A stretch of DNA of 64,000 nt, taken from NCBI GenBank assembly GCA_035299085.1, contig DATGXG010000011.1, forward strand, positions 22,640 through 86,639, written 5' to 3'. How positions within the stretch are numbered: the first letter of the stretch is position 1; every line of letters begins with the position of its first letter. Below are positions 48,684-58,900 of the stretch, one piece after another. Made by a program: the position numbers and the translations under genes. This stretch comes from Bacteroidales bacterium. Lineage in GTDB: Bacteria > Bacteroidota > Bacteroidia > Bacteroidales > UBA10428. Below the pieces are notes generated by a model. It saw only the letters and a list, made by a program, of their open reading frames with translations, did not search any database and had not been told where the DNA came from.

Positions 48684-50534
48684 ATGTATGATATTTTAGA
48701 GCTTAATAAAAAGCTTCTTCCTGAACTTAAGGATATAGCAAAGCAGTTAAATGTAAAAAAGGCAGACCTGCTGCGGAAACAGGACCTCATTTACAAAATT
48801 CTCGATCAACAGGCCATTCTGGCTACCGAAGCTAAAAAAACCGAGCCTTCAAGGCCCGAACCTGCCAATCATAATGCTGAAATGAAAAGGAGGGGTCGCA
48901 GGCCCCGCCGTCCTGAAAACGAAAAATCCGAACTTGTATCCGAAGCCAAGCCGAGTGAACCTGAATATGTAGCTCAGCCTGTTGCTGAATCTCAGGCTGC
49001 CGAAAATACGGTTGTACCTGTTGCTGCAAGTGCCCCGGTTGCAGAAAAAAGAGCTGATCAACCTGTACAGTCGAATGATAAACCCAAAGGAAATTTTTTC
49101 AGCAGGGCTTTTGATAATAAAAGATCACCGGGTGATTTCAGAAAAAGAAATGATTTCAGGCGCTTTGAAAAGAATCAGCCTAGGAATGATTCATTTGAAA
49201 AACCTGTGAATGATGAATACAGGGCTCCTAAAGGTCCAGATTTTGAAGAGCTTGTGCCACCTGAAATGGAAATCGAGGAACAAGTGATACCGGCAGAAAA
49301 CGACGGCGAACAGCAACAACAACCTGCTGCTGCGATGCCTCCTGAATCCAAGCCCCGGTACGAACAGATGAAGTCGTTCGAAAGAAAAGCCCAGGATAAA
49401 CCTTCAGAATTTGACGGTATAATCACCTGCCAGGGTGTTCTTGAAATAATGCCCGACGGTTATGGCTTCCTGAGATCGTCAGATTACAATTATCTTAATT
49501 CACCAGATGATATTTACGTTTCACAGTCGCAGATAAAACTTTTCGGGCTGAAAACAGGTGATACAATTACCGGTACAATCAGGCCTCCCAAAGAAGGAGA
49601 AAAATATTTCCCGCTCATCAAAGTAATCGAAATCAATGGTCGCAATCCCGAGTTTATTCGTGACCGTGTACCTTTTGATTATCTTACTCCACTTTTCCCC
49701 AACGAAAAGTTCACGCTTGTTAAACCCGGTGTAAAAACAAATCTGTCAGCCCGTGTTGTTGACATGTTTGCTCCTATCGGCAAAGGTCAGCGTGGTCTCA
49801 TCGTTGCTCAGCCCAAAACGGGTAAAACTATTCTTCTCCAGGATATAGCCAATGCAATCGCTGCAAACCATCCCGAAGTCTATCTCATTATCCTCCTTAT
49901 CGACGAGCGTCCTGAAGAGGTTACTGAAATGGCAAGAAATGTAAACGGCGAAGTGGTTTCTTCAACTTTCGATGAACCGGCTGAACGACATGTGAGAGTG
50001 GCTAACATGGTTATTGAAAAAGCAAAGCGCATGGTTGAATGCGGCCATGATGTGGTTATCCTTCTTGATTCAATTACCCGTCTGGCCAGAGCCTTCAACA
50101 CCATTGCGCCAGCATCGGGCAAGGTACTTTCAGGAGGTGTTGATTCAAATGCACTCCAGAAACCCAAGAGATTTTTCGGGGCAGCCCGAAATATCGAAAA
50201 CGGTGGTTCACTCACCATTATCGCCACCGCACTTACCGATACCGGTTCGAAAATGGACGACGTTATCTTTGAGGAATTCAAGGGTACCGGTAATATGGAG
50301 CTCCAGCTCGACCGTAAACTGTCGAACAGAAGAGTTTACCCTTCAATCGACATCACTGCTTCAAGTACACGTCGCGAAGACCTGCTGCTTGATAAGAACT
50401 TCCTGAACAAGATCTGGGTGCTCAGAAAGTACCTGACCGATATGAACTCCATCGAAGCAATGGAATTCCTGCGGGAACGACTTGCCAAGACCGACTCCAA
50501 CGAGGAGTTCCTGATATCCATGAATGGCGAATAA
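48684..50534 (+). CDS. rho: Transcription termination factor Rho with long N-terminal insertion
   Basis: [37 protein letters not shown]. Confidence 0.97.
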   Translation: MYDILELNKKLLPELKDIAKQLNVKKADLLRKQDLIYKILDQQAILATEAKKTEPSRPEPANHNAEMKRRGRRPRRPENEKSELVSEAKPSEPEYVAQPVAESQAAENTVVPVAASAPVAEKRADQPVQSNDKPKGNFFSRAFDNKRSPGDFRKRNDFRRFEKNQPRNDSFEKPVNDEYRAPKGPDFEELVPPEMEIEEQVIPAENDGEQQQQPAAAMPPESKPRYEQMKSFERKAQDKPSEFDGIITCQGVLEIMPDGYGFLRSSDYNYLNSPDDIYVSQSQIKLFGLKTGDTITGTIRPPKEGEKYFPLIKVIEINGRNPEFIRDRVPFDYLTPLFPNEKFTLVKPGVKTNLSARVVDMFAPIGKGQRGLIVAQPKTGKTILLQDIANAIAANHPEVYLIILLIDERPEEVTEMARNVNGEVVSSTFDEPAERHVRVANMVIEKAKRMVECGHDVVILLDSITRLARAFNTIAPASGKVLSGGVDSNALQKPKRFFGAARNIENGGSLTIIATALTDTGSKMDDVIFEEFKGTGNMELQLDRKLSNRRVYPSIDITASSTRREDLLLDKNFLNKIWVLRKYLTDMNSIEAMEFLRERLAKTDSNEEFLISMNGE

Positions 50535-50537
50535 AAC

Positions 50538-50572
50538 AATTTTACCCCTTCTGATCAGGAAGGGGTAAAATT
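50538..50572 (+). terminator. Stem-loop after rho
   Basis: AATTTTACCCCTTC-TGATCAG-GAAGGGGTAAAATT. Confidence 0.7.
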
Positions 50573-50711
50573 TACACTACACTTCTGCGTTTTGTCTGAT
50601 ATTTACCAAACAGGGAAACTTTAACACAGTCCTTATCGTATTCTGTTCTTTACCTACACCCTGGCAGCCAAACAGGTTCTTTATTTAAAATGAAAATGAA
50701 TTAAGAACGCA

Positions 50712-50729
50712 TTGTTAATAAAATAACAA
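50712..50729. promoter_or_regulatory. Rex-like operator TTGTTAATAAAATAACAA upstream of nifJ
   Basis: 18-bp imperfect palindrome resembling TTGTGAAnnnnTTCACAA, just upstream of a TATTTTTG -7 element. Confidence 0.5.
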
Positions 50730-50806
50730 TCTATCGTATTTTATTGTATTTTTGTGGATTCTTTTAAAAAATAGTAATATAAAGTAGTAATTATAAGGGA
50801 GTTAAG

Positions 50807-53800
50807 ATGACCACTAAGAAAAATTTTGTAACTTGTGACGGTAATTATGCTGCCTCTCATGTAGCTTACATGTTCAGTGAAGTTGCAGCTATTTACCCCA
50901 TTACCCCTTCCTCGACCATGGCCGAATACGTTGACGAATGGGCAGCCAATGGCAAAAAGAATATGTTCGGTGAAGAGGTAAGGGTTCTCGAAATGCAATC
51001 CGAAGCCGGTGCTGCCGGTGCTCTGCACGGTGTGCTGCAGTCAGGATCGCTGGGTTCCACTTTTACCTGCTCACAGGGATTGTTACTGATGATTCCAAAT
51101 ATGTATAAAATGGCCGGTGAATTATTGCCTGCCGTTTTCCATGTTTCAGCGAGAGCCCTTGCAGCCCAGGCACTGTCAATTTTCGGTGATCATAGTGATG
51201 TGATGGCTACACGCCAAACCGGATTTGCCATGCTGGCTACAAGCAGTGTTCAGGAAGTAATGGACCTTGCAGCCGTTGCACACCTGTCAGCTATAAAATC
51301 AAGAGTTCCTTTCCTTCATTTCTTTGACGGATTCAGAACTTCCGCAGAGATTCAGAAAATTGAGGTGCTTGAAATGGAAGATCTTGCCAAACTGGTAGAT
51401 CAGAAATCATTGAAAGAATTCAGGGACAGGGCCTTGAATCCCGATCATCCTGTTACCCGCGGAACAGCTCAGAATCCTGACGTTTATTTCCAGAGCAGGG
51501 AAGCATCAAACCCTTTTTATGAAGCTCTTCCCGAGATCGTTGAAGGCTATATGAAGGAAATGTCAAAACTTACAGGTCGCGACTATACTCCTTTTAAGTA
51601 TTATGGTGCCCCGGATGCTGAAAATATAATCATTGCAATGGGTTCGGTTACTGAAACCACCCGCGAAGTTGTTGACTATCTTAATGCAAAGGGTGCCAAA
51701 ACCGGTTTGGTTACAGTTCACCTCTACCGTCCGTTCTCTGCAAAACGTCTGCTCAGTGTAATCCCGGCATCCGTGAAACGGATTACCGTTCTTGACCGCT
51801 GCAAGGAACCCGGTGCAAACGGCGAACCCCTTTATCTTGATGTAAAAGATGTATTCTATGGAACTCCGAATCCACCGATGATCCTCGGTGGCCGTTACGG
51901 ATTGAGTTCAAAGGATACCACACCGATACAGATCATCACCGTGTTTGAAAACATGGCTGAAAAACAGCCCAAAATGCACTTCACGGTGGGTATCGAGGAT
52001 GATGTTACTAATCTTTCATTACCTGTTAAGCCTGAAATCAGCATTTCAGAAAAAGGCACATTCGAAGCTAAATTCTATGGTCTTGGTTCCGACGGTACTG
52101 TAGGTGCCAATAAGAATTCTATTAAGATTATCGGTGATTCAACTGATAAGTATGCTCAGGCTTATTTTGCTTACGATTCAAAGAAATCGGGCGGTATTAC
52201 CACATCTCACCTGCGTTTTGGCGATAAGCCCATCCGCTCGCCTTACCTGGTAAGCACACCCGACTTTGTTGCATGCCATGTGCCTGCATATCTCGAAAAA
52301 TATGATATGCTCAAGGGCATTAAGACAGGAGGCACTTTCCTTTTGAACAGCATCTGGGATGCTGAGGAAACAAAAAAGATGCTTCCGGATAATGTAAAGA
52401 AAATTCTCGCCGAAAAGAAAATAAATTTCTATATCATCAATGCCACAAGGATTGCTGAGGAAATTGGTCTGGGCAATCGCACCAACACCATCATGCAATC
52501 AGCATTCTTCAAAATTGCGAACGTTATTCCGTTTGAAGATGCCATGGGACAGATGAAAAAGGCCGTTATCAAGACCTTTGGACGTAAAGGTGAGGAAATA
52601 GTTAACATGAATATTGCTTCAATCGATCGCGGAAGCAATGTAACAAAGGTTGACGTTCCCGCTGAATGGGCTAACATAGTGGTTAAGCCGAAAGCCGACA
52701 CCCGCAACATTCCTGACTTTGTTAAGAATGTAGTTGAGCCGATGAATAATATGAAGGGCGATGATCTTAAGGTCAGCGCTTTCAAAGGCCGTGAAGACGG
52801 TACATTCCCTGCAGGCACCACCGTTTATGAAAAACGCGGGATTGCTGTGAACGTTCCTGAATGGATTGATTCATCCTGTATTCAGTGTAACCAGTGTGCT
52901 TATGTTTGTCCCCACGCTGCTATCAGGCCTTTCCTTCTTGATGAAAAGGAACTTGCCGGTGCCCCTGAAGGTACAAAAACTCTGAAAACCATTGGTAAAG
53001 GTTTTGAAGGTCTTCAGTACCGCATCCAGGTGAGCACTCTCGATTGTACAGGTTGCGGCGTTTGTGCCGAGGTATGTACATCAAAAGAAAAATCACTTGT
53101 TATGAAACCGCTGGCTTCACAGACAGCCGAGATAGGCCGCTGGAACTATATGACCGAACATGTTACCTACAAGGATAACCTTGTTGAAGTGGACAAATCG
53201 GTTAAAAACAGCCAGTTTGCCGAACCGTTGTTCCAGTTCTCCGGGGCTTGCGGTGGCTGTGGTGAAACACCTTACATAAAGCTTATCACCCAGTTGTTCG
53301 GTGACCGGATGATTGTTGCCAATGCAACAGGTTGCTCATCAATCTACGGTGGTTCTGCTCCTTCCACACCTTACGCTGCCAACAAACTTGGCAAAGGTCC
53401 GGCCTGGGCAAACTCACTGTTTGAGGACAATGCCGAATACGGCCTTGGTATAGCTCTGGGAGCCGACAAGCAAATGAAGAAAATCGCCCATATTATGCAG
53501 CAGGCGATTAACAATAATCCTGGTCTGTCTGAATCAACAATAGCTGTATTTAAAGAATGGCTTGAATCAACGACAGATGCAAAATTGTCGAAGGCAGCAT
53601 CACAAAAGGTTATTGAAGCCCTTTCAAAGGAGAATAACCCGATTGCCAAAACCATTCTCGAACTGAAACAGTACCTTGTTAAGAAATCGATATGGGTATT
53701 CGGCGGTGACGGTTGGGCATATGATATTGGTTACGGCGGACTTGACCACGTACTGGCATCAGGTGAAAATGTAAATGTGCTGGTTGTGGATACCGAAGTA

Positions 53801-54355
53801 TATTCCAATACAGGAGGTCAGGCTTCCAAATCAACACCTATCGGCGCAGTGGCAAAATTTGCTGCTTCCGGTAAACGCGTGAGAAAGAAAGATCTCGGCG
53901 CTATGGCTATGACTTACGGCTACGTTTATGTGGCACAGGTTGCCATGGGTGCAAGCCAGAACCAGTATCTCAAAGCTCTTCGCGAAGCAGAAGCTTATCC
54001 CGGTCCTTCACTTATCATTGCCTATGCACCCTGTATCAATCACGGTCTGCGTTCAGGCATGGACAAATCACAGGAAGAACAGAAACGTGCGGTTGATTCC
54101 GGATACTGGCACCTCTACAGGTATAATCCGCTTCTTGAAAAAGAAGGCAGGAATCCGTTTGAACTGGATTCAAAGGAACCCGACTGGTCAAAATTCCAGG
54201 AATTCCTTAACAGCGAAGTACGTTATACTTCACTTAAGAAAGCCTTCCCCAAGGAAGCCGACGAGTTGTTCAGGGCAGCCGAAGAAAATGCCAAATGGCG
54301 TTATAACGGCTACAAACGACTTGCTTCGATGGATTTTAGTACACAGGCAAAGTAA
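50807..54355 (+). CDS. nifJ: Pyruvate:ferredoxin (flavodoxin) oxidoreductase
   Basis: YPITPSS, GSDGTVGANK, CIQCNQC, CTGCGVC, GACGGCGET, GGDGWAYDIG. Confidence 0.97.
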   Translation: MTTKKNFVTCDGNYAASHVAYMFSEVAAIYPITPSSTMAEYVDEWAANGKKNMFGEEVRVLEMQSEAGAAGALHGVLQSGSLGSTFTCSQGLLLMIPNMYKMAGELLPAVFHVSARALAAQALSIFGDHSDVMATRQTGFAMLATSSVQEVMDLAAVAHLSAIKSRVPFLHFFDGFRTSAEIQKIEVLEMEDLAKLVDQKSLKEFRDRALNPDHPVTRGTAQNPDVYFQSREASNPFYEALPEIVEGYMKEMSKLTGRDYTPFKYYGAPDAENIIIAMGSVTETTREVVDYLNAKGAKTGLVTVHLYRPFSAKRLLSVIPASVKRITVLDRCKEPGANGEPLYLDVKDVFYGTPNPPMILGGRYGLSSKDTTPIQIITVFENMAEKQPKMHFTVGIEDDVTNLSLPVKPEISISEKGTFEAKFYGLGSDGTVGANKNSIKIIGDSTDKYAQAYFAYDSKKSGGITTSHLRFGDKPIRSPYLVSTPDFVACHVPAYLEKYDMLKGIKTGGTFLLNSIWDAEETKKMLPDNVKKILAEKKINFYIINATRIAEEIGLGNRTNTIMQSAFFKIANVIPFEDAMGQMKKAVIKTFGRKGEEIVNMNIASIDRGSNVTKVDVPAEWANIVVKPKADTRNIPDFVKNVVEPMNNMKGDDLKVSAFKGREDGTFPAGTTVYEKRGIAVNVPEWIDSSCIQCNQCAYVCPHAAIRPFLLDEKELAGAPEGTKTLKTIGKGFEGLQYRIQVSTLDCTGCGVCAEVCTSKEKSLVMKPLASQTAEIGRWNYMTEHVTYKDNLVEVDKSVKNSQFAEPLFQFSGACGGCGETPYIKLITQLFGDRMIVANATGCSSIYGGSAPSTPYAANKLGKGPAWANSLFEDNAEYGLGIALGADKQMKKIAHIMQQAINNNPGLSESTIAVFKEWLESTTDAKLSKAASQKVIEALSKENNPIAKTILELKQYLVKKSIWVFGGDGWAYDIGYGGLDHVLASGENVNVLVVDTEVYSNTGGQASKSTPIGAVAKFAASGKRVRKKDLGAMAMTYGYVYVAQVAMGASQNQYLKALREAEAYPGPSLIIAYAPCINHGLRSGMDKSQEEQKRAVDSGYWHLYRYNPLLEKEGRNPFELDSKEPDWSKFQEFLNSEVRYTSLKKAFPKEADELFRAAEENAKWRYNGYKRLASMDFSTQAK

Positions 54356-54370
54356 TCTGAATCATACTTC

Positions 54371-54405
54371 AAAAAAGGCTGTCAACAAAACAGCCTTTTT
54401 TTTTT
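54371..54405 (+). terminator. Intrinsic terminator after nifJ
   Basis: AAAAAAGGCTGT..ACAGCCTTTTTTTT. Confidence 0.8.
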
Positions 54406-54428
54406 ACTTTTGCAAAAATAAAATCAGG

Positions 54429-54872
54429 TTGGGAAGGATCCTGGCAATCGATTACGGACAAAAAAGAACGGGACTTGCAGTGACCGACCCTTTGCAGATC
54501 ATAGCCAACAGCATTGGCACCCTACCTTCTGCAGAGGTCATGTCTTTTCTTGCTAAGTATACCGTTTCGGAAAAGGTGGATGCGTTTGTTGTCGGCTATC
54601 CCCGCCAAATGAACAATACACTGTCAGAATCTGTTAAGTTCATTGATCCGTTCATAGCCTCACTGAAAAAGGCTTTCCCGGGTATTACAGTATATCTGAT
54701 GGATGAACGTTTTACATCAAAAATGGCTGTTCAAACTATGATAGCGGGTGGTGTGAAAAAGAAAGACCGCCAGAATAAAAGCCTAATCGATTCAATAAGC
54801 GCCACTATCATTTTGCAGTCCTTCATGGAACAAAAAGAGAGAAGAGAGGAGAGAGGGGAGTCCCAGAAATGA
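54429..54872 (+). CDS. ruvX: YqgF/RuvX family nuclease
   Basis: TTG start; RILAIDYGQKRTG, VVGYP, DERFTS, IDSISA. Confidence 0.92.
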   Translation: MGRILAIDYGQKRTGLAVTDPLQIIANSIGTLPSAEVMSFLAKYTVSEKVDAFVVGYPRQMNNTLSESVKFIDPFIASLKKAFPGITVYLMDERFTSKMAVQTMIAGGVKKKDRQNKSLIDSISATIILQSFMEQKERREERGESQK

Positions 54873-54936
54873 ACACCGAACACCGCACACTGATTTAAGA
54901 TTTAAGAAGATATACGAAACATCAAACATCAAACAC
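54872..54936 (-). repeat. Dispersed 37-nt motif copy 3 plus AAACATC heptamers
   Basis: Reverse complement TTCTTAAATCTTAAATCAGTGTGCGGTGTTCGGTGTT. Confidence 0.8.
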
Positions 54937-54939
54937 ACA

Positions 54940-55500
54940 ATGATCTATCCCATAGTAGTATACGGTTCTCCCATACTCAGGCAGGTTGCCCGTGATATCA
55001 CTGCCGAAGAATACCCGAATCTGAAAACACTGGTTTCCGATATGTTTGATACTATGCATAAATCAGATGGAATGGGACTTGCCGCACCTCAAATCGGGAA
55101 ATCGATACGGATTTTCGTGGTGGATGCCACGTCACTGGCAGATGAAGACCCTGCCCTGGCCGATTTCAAAAAAGCTTTTATTAATCCTAAGCTTGAATTA
55201 CTGGGTGAAGAAACAATTATTATGAATGAGGGATGCCTTAGTATACCTAAAATCCGCGAGGATGTCGACAGGAGCAACAAGGTTAAGATAACCTATTTTG
55301 ATGAGGACTGGAATCGATATGAAGAGGAGTATGAAGGACTGAAAGCACGGGTTATCCAGCATGAATATGACCATCTCGAAGGTGTGCTGTTTATCGACAA
55401 GATCAGCCCCTTACGCAGAAAACTCCTGAAAGGCAAATTGAATGATATCACCCGGCTGAAGGTGGATAATCTGCCGTATAAGATTAAAGTGATAAAGTGA
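54940..55500 (+). CDS. def: Peptide deformylase
   Basis: GMGLAAPQIG, EGCLSIP, QHEYDHL. Confidence 0.97.
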   Translation: MIYPIVVYGSPILRQVARDITAEEYPNLKTLVSDMFDTMHKSDGMGLAAPQIGKSIRIFVVDATSLADEDPALADFKKAFINPKLELLGEETIIMNEGCLSIPKIREDVDRSNKVKITYFDEDWNRYEEEYEGLKARVIQHEYDHLEGVLFIDKISPLRRKLLKGKLNDITRLKVDNLPYKIKVIK

Positions 55501-55627
55501 TTGTTTGAGTGAAGTTTGAACGCTTCGCTGTTTGAAGAAGAAGTTTGAAGGAAGTTTGAAAAAGGTTAAAAGATTTCAAACGATTTCATTCAAACTTTTC
55601 CAAACCATTTCAAACTTTCTCAAACTA
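55501..55627. repeat. Inverted degenerate arrays (GTTTGAA)n / (TTCAAAC)n between convergent genes
   Basis: Five TTTGA units then about five CAAAC units; the last overlaps the TAG of the DHODH-like gene. Confidence 0.75.
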
Positions 55628-56638
55628 TATCACAGGGTATCTCTTAAAAATCTGCTCTGATTTAAGTAAAAGATCGATATACTGTGCACGTTTGTAAACA
55701 AACGGATCATTCGTTTTCTTATTCGAAAGTTTTCCTTTGAAATCCTCGATCTTACCGTATCTTTTCGACTCCATCCAGGCTTCGATATCCCTGATGATCG
55801 TTGAAATATATTCGATCTTGTTCTTATAAACGGTACTTACGATCTCAACACAATCGGCACCGGCCAGAAGCATTTTAACAGCGTCCGATCCGCTGTAAAT
55901 ACCTGTATTAGCACAAATAGATCCCTGGATTGTTCCGTAAACAAGTCCTGCAAACCGCAGGCTCAGTTTATGATCTTCAGGGTTGCTCAGGTTGAACGGA
56001 GAAAAATGCTCCTGTTTTTCAATATCGATGTCGGGCTGGAAAAGACGGTTGAATAAAACAAAACCGCTTACTCCGGCCTTATCCATCTTATAAATGATAT
56101 TCAGAGGATTTGCGTAAAACGGACTCAACTTAACGCTCACAGGAATTTTTACTTTGGCAAGAACTTCCTTCAACACATCAAGCTGGAGATTGGTGACATC
56201 GCGTCCGTCGGTTTCTGTTTCACGCGGCACGTAAAAGAAATTCAGCTCAAGGGCATCTACACCGGTTTGCTCAAGAAGCTGGGCGTATTCACCCCATGAT
56301 TCTTTATAAATAGCATTCAAACTGGCAATTACCGGAATGCCGACACTTTCTTTCACTTTGCGAACGCTTAACAAATGTTCTTCGGGGCCTGCATGCTCAA
56401 TTGTCGGGAAAAGCTTGGTGCTTTCAGCATTCCGTTCGTTATATTCTTCCAGTTCATCGTTCAGCTGAGCTGATTCGAGCTGTATCTGTTCTTCAAAAAG
56501 CGATTTGTAAACGATTGCAGCTACACCTGCCTGTTCTGCACGTTTTACATTGTCAAGTTTGGTTACAAGATTACTTGCACCAAGAATTACGGGATTTTTT
56601 AGTTCAATCCCCAGGTACTTTGTTTTTAAATCAACCAT
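55625..56638 (-). CDS. Dihydroorotate-dehydrogenase-like flavoprotein
   Basis: LKNPVILGAS, KSLFEEQI, IPVSVKLSP, LFNRLFQPD; start MVDLK at 56638. Confidence 0.85.
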   Translation of the reverse strand: MVDLKTKYLGIELKNPVILGASNLVTKLDNVKRAEQAGVAAIVYKSLFEEQIQLESAQLNDELEEYNERNAESTKLFPTIEHAGPEEHLLSVRKVKESVGIPVIASLNAIYKESWGEYAQLLEQTGVDALELNFFYVPRETETDGRDVTNLQLDVLKEVLAKVKIPVSVKLSPFYANPLNIIYKMDKAGVSGFVLFNRLFQPDIDIEKQEHFSPFNLSNPEDHKLSLRFAGLVYGTIQGSICANTGIYSGSDAVKMLLAGADCVEIVSTVYKNKIEYISTIIRDIEAWMESKRYGKIEDFKGKLSNKKTNDPFVYKRAQYIDLLLKSEQIFKRYPVI

Positions 56639-56797
56639 GCCAAAAATCTTTAAATAAGTAAGTATTGAATGCTGTAACAAAAATAGAAATTTATATCCAT
56701 TAACGGCTATTTCTGCAAAAATTACTTTACTCAAAAAATGTTAACAGGTATAAAAAATTACTATCTTTCAGTTAGTTACTGATTCAGTTACAGGCTA

Positions 56798-58900
56798 ATG
56801 GAATTATCCCTTGTTATCAGCAGAAGGCCATTTCTGAAGCTGCTTTTCTGGTTCATGAGCGGCATTTATACATCACTTCTATTCGGATACCTGGATGCCA
56901 TCTATCTTATCGTCCTGGTTTTTACCGGAATAACCCTTTTCGTCATATGTTGTGCACGGCCTGGATTCCATACACACTGGCAATCGGGACTGATAGCAGG
57001 CTTAATATTGTTCCTTGCAGGTGCCCTTTCGATGCAACTAACCAACAGGGCCCATCAAAAGATTGCTGCCGGCTGTTACAACGATCTGGCTTTAGTTGAA
57101 ATCCGTGATGCCGTTAGTATTACAGATAAATCGGTTAAATCAACTGCCGTTATCCATTATCGTATTAAAAACCGGGCAATGATACGCGACGGGCAGCGCA
57201 TTATTGTAGTTTTTGAGAAGGACTCTTCTTCAATTGTCCTCAAGCCGGGAACTGTATTACTTTGTAAAACAGATATCAGAAACATTTCTCCTCCTTCAAA
57301 CCCTTTTGAATTTGATTACAGGAAATACATGGCTCGCAAAGGAGTGTTTAACCAGGCATATCTGAAGTCAGGAACCTGGAGGCTTTTTCAACAATACAAA
57401 ACATTTTCTCCCCGCGTTGAGGCACTTAAAATTCAGCAGGAAATACTTAATCAATACAGGAAAATCGGATTGAACAACACGTACTACAGTATTCTTTCGG
57501 CTTTGACACTCGGATATAAAAATGACCTTGAAGCGTCAACAAAGCATGTGTTTTCTGAAACCGGGGTTATGCATGTAATGGCACTTTCAGGTTTCAATGT
57601 GGCTGTGCTGGTCTATGCGGCTGGATTTCTATTATTCTTTACATCCTGGATCAAAGGTGGTAAATTATTAAAAATTGCCGTCATTCTTTTTTTGATATGG
57701 CTGTTTGCCTTTGTTACCGGTTTATCACCCTCAGTGGTTAGGGCAGCTGTAATGCTGTCTTTTGTGCTTACAGGTAATGCCATTTCCAGGCGGATTAATA
57801 CGGCAAATATCCTGTTTATTTCGGCTTTTGTGATGCTTGCCTTCTCCCCCTCACTGATCACCGATATCAGCTTTCAGTTGTCGTTTGCAGCTGTTCTGGG
57901 CATTATTGTATTTTATCCATTCTTTAACAGGCTGAATCCATTCAAAAACAAAATGTTTCAACGTATATGGCAAATGTTCTCGGTATCATGCGCGGCCCAA
58001 TTTTCCACTCTGCCTCTGACACTATATTATTTTCACCAGTTTCCGGTATATTTCTGGATTACCAACCTGTTTGTCATACCTCTTGCTTCATGCATTATCT
58101 GCGCATCGGGGGTTTATCTCCTCGTTTCCTTTTTTAAGCCTGCCGCACTTGTGGCAGGAAAAGCCCTGACACTGCTATTGAAGGTACTCTTCGGAAGTTT
58201 ATTGCTCACTGAAAAGCTGCCCTTTTCAGTTATTGAAAATATTTCGGTTGATTTCATGCAGGCATGTATAATTGCAGTGTTTCTCATCCTGCTGGCCATC
58301 CTGATGGGCCATCCTAAAAAGCATTTTTTATTTGTAACGGCAGGGTGTTTTGTTTTTTTTCTGCTGGTTACAGGAATGGCCCGTTCGGATTCATCCAGTC
58401 ATGATGTCCTGCTTATCGGCAAGTTGAGGAACCACTCTGTTATCCACTTAATCACCCGGAATAAGTGTACAGTAATTTGTGATGAACCTGATAAAATCAG
58501 TGAGACGGCTATGAATTATGCCTTCACCGGTTTCCGGATTCATTACAGGGTTGCCGGCAATCTTTCGTATTTATCCGGTGAGCAACCTTTCGGATACCGG
58601 TCTTCTTTCCTGGGAAAAAACAAACTCTTTCGGGCAGGTGATAAAACCGTGCTGCTGCTTAATGACAGTTCAATATTGAAATGGCAGGCAGCAATACCCC
58701 TGGATATTGATGTTTTGATTGTAACAGGAAGTTGTGATGCATCCGATATGATTTTTACATTATTCAGGCCTGGTATAGTAATAACCGATTCATCAGTGGA
58801 TTACAGGCAAAGAAGTGCCTGGGAAAAGCTGTGCGGTAAAAATGGTTTTGAATTTTATGATGTAAACCGGGATGGGGCTTACCTGCTTGAATCAATCTAA
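56798..58900 (+). CDS. comEC: ComEC/Rec2 competence membrane protein
   Basis: NPFEFDY, HVMALSGFNV, SPSVVRA, SFQLSF. Confidence 0.9.
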   Translation: MELSLVISRRPFLKLLFWFMSGIYTSLLFGYLDAIYLIVLVFTGITLFVICCARPGFHTHWQSGLIAGLILFLAGALSMQLTNRAHQKIAAGCYNDLALVEIRDAVSITDKSVKSTAVIHYRIKNRAMIRDGQRIIVVFEKDSSSIVLKPGTVLLCKTDIRNISPPSNPFEFDYRKYMARKGVFNQAYLKSGTWRLFQQYKTFSPRVEALKIQQEILNQYRKIGLNNTYYSILSALTLGYKNDLEASTKHVFSETGVMHVMALSGFNVAVLVYAAGFLLFFTSWIKGGKLLKIAVILFLIWLFAFVTGLSPSVVRAAVMLSFVLTGNAISRRINTANILFISAFVMLAFSPSLITDISFQLSFAAVLGIIVFYPFFNRLNPFKNKMFQRIWQMFSVSCAAQFSTLPLTLYYFHQFPVYFWITNLFVIPLASCIICASGVYLLVSFFKPAALVAGKALTLLLKVLFGSLLLTEKLPFSVIENISVDFMQACIIAVFLILLAILMGHPKKHFLFVTAGCFVFFLLVTGMARSDSSSHDVLLIGKLRNHSVIHLITRNKCTVICDEPDKISETAMNYAFTGFRIHYRVAGNLSYLSGEQPFGYRSSFLGKNKLFRAGDKTVLLLNDSSILKWQAAIPLDIDVLIVTGSCDASDMIFTLFRPGIVITDSSVDYRQRSAWEKLCGKNGFEFYDVNRDGAYLLESI

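Noticed and set aside
53928..54428. 314-aa ORF as a long RuvX fusion
   Set aside because: Upstream part is an off-frame overlap with nifJ and crosses its terminator; RuvX starts at TTG 54429
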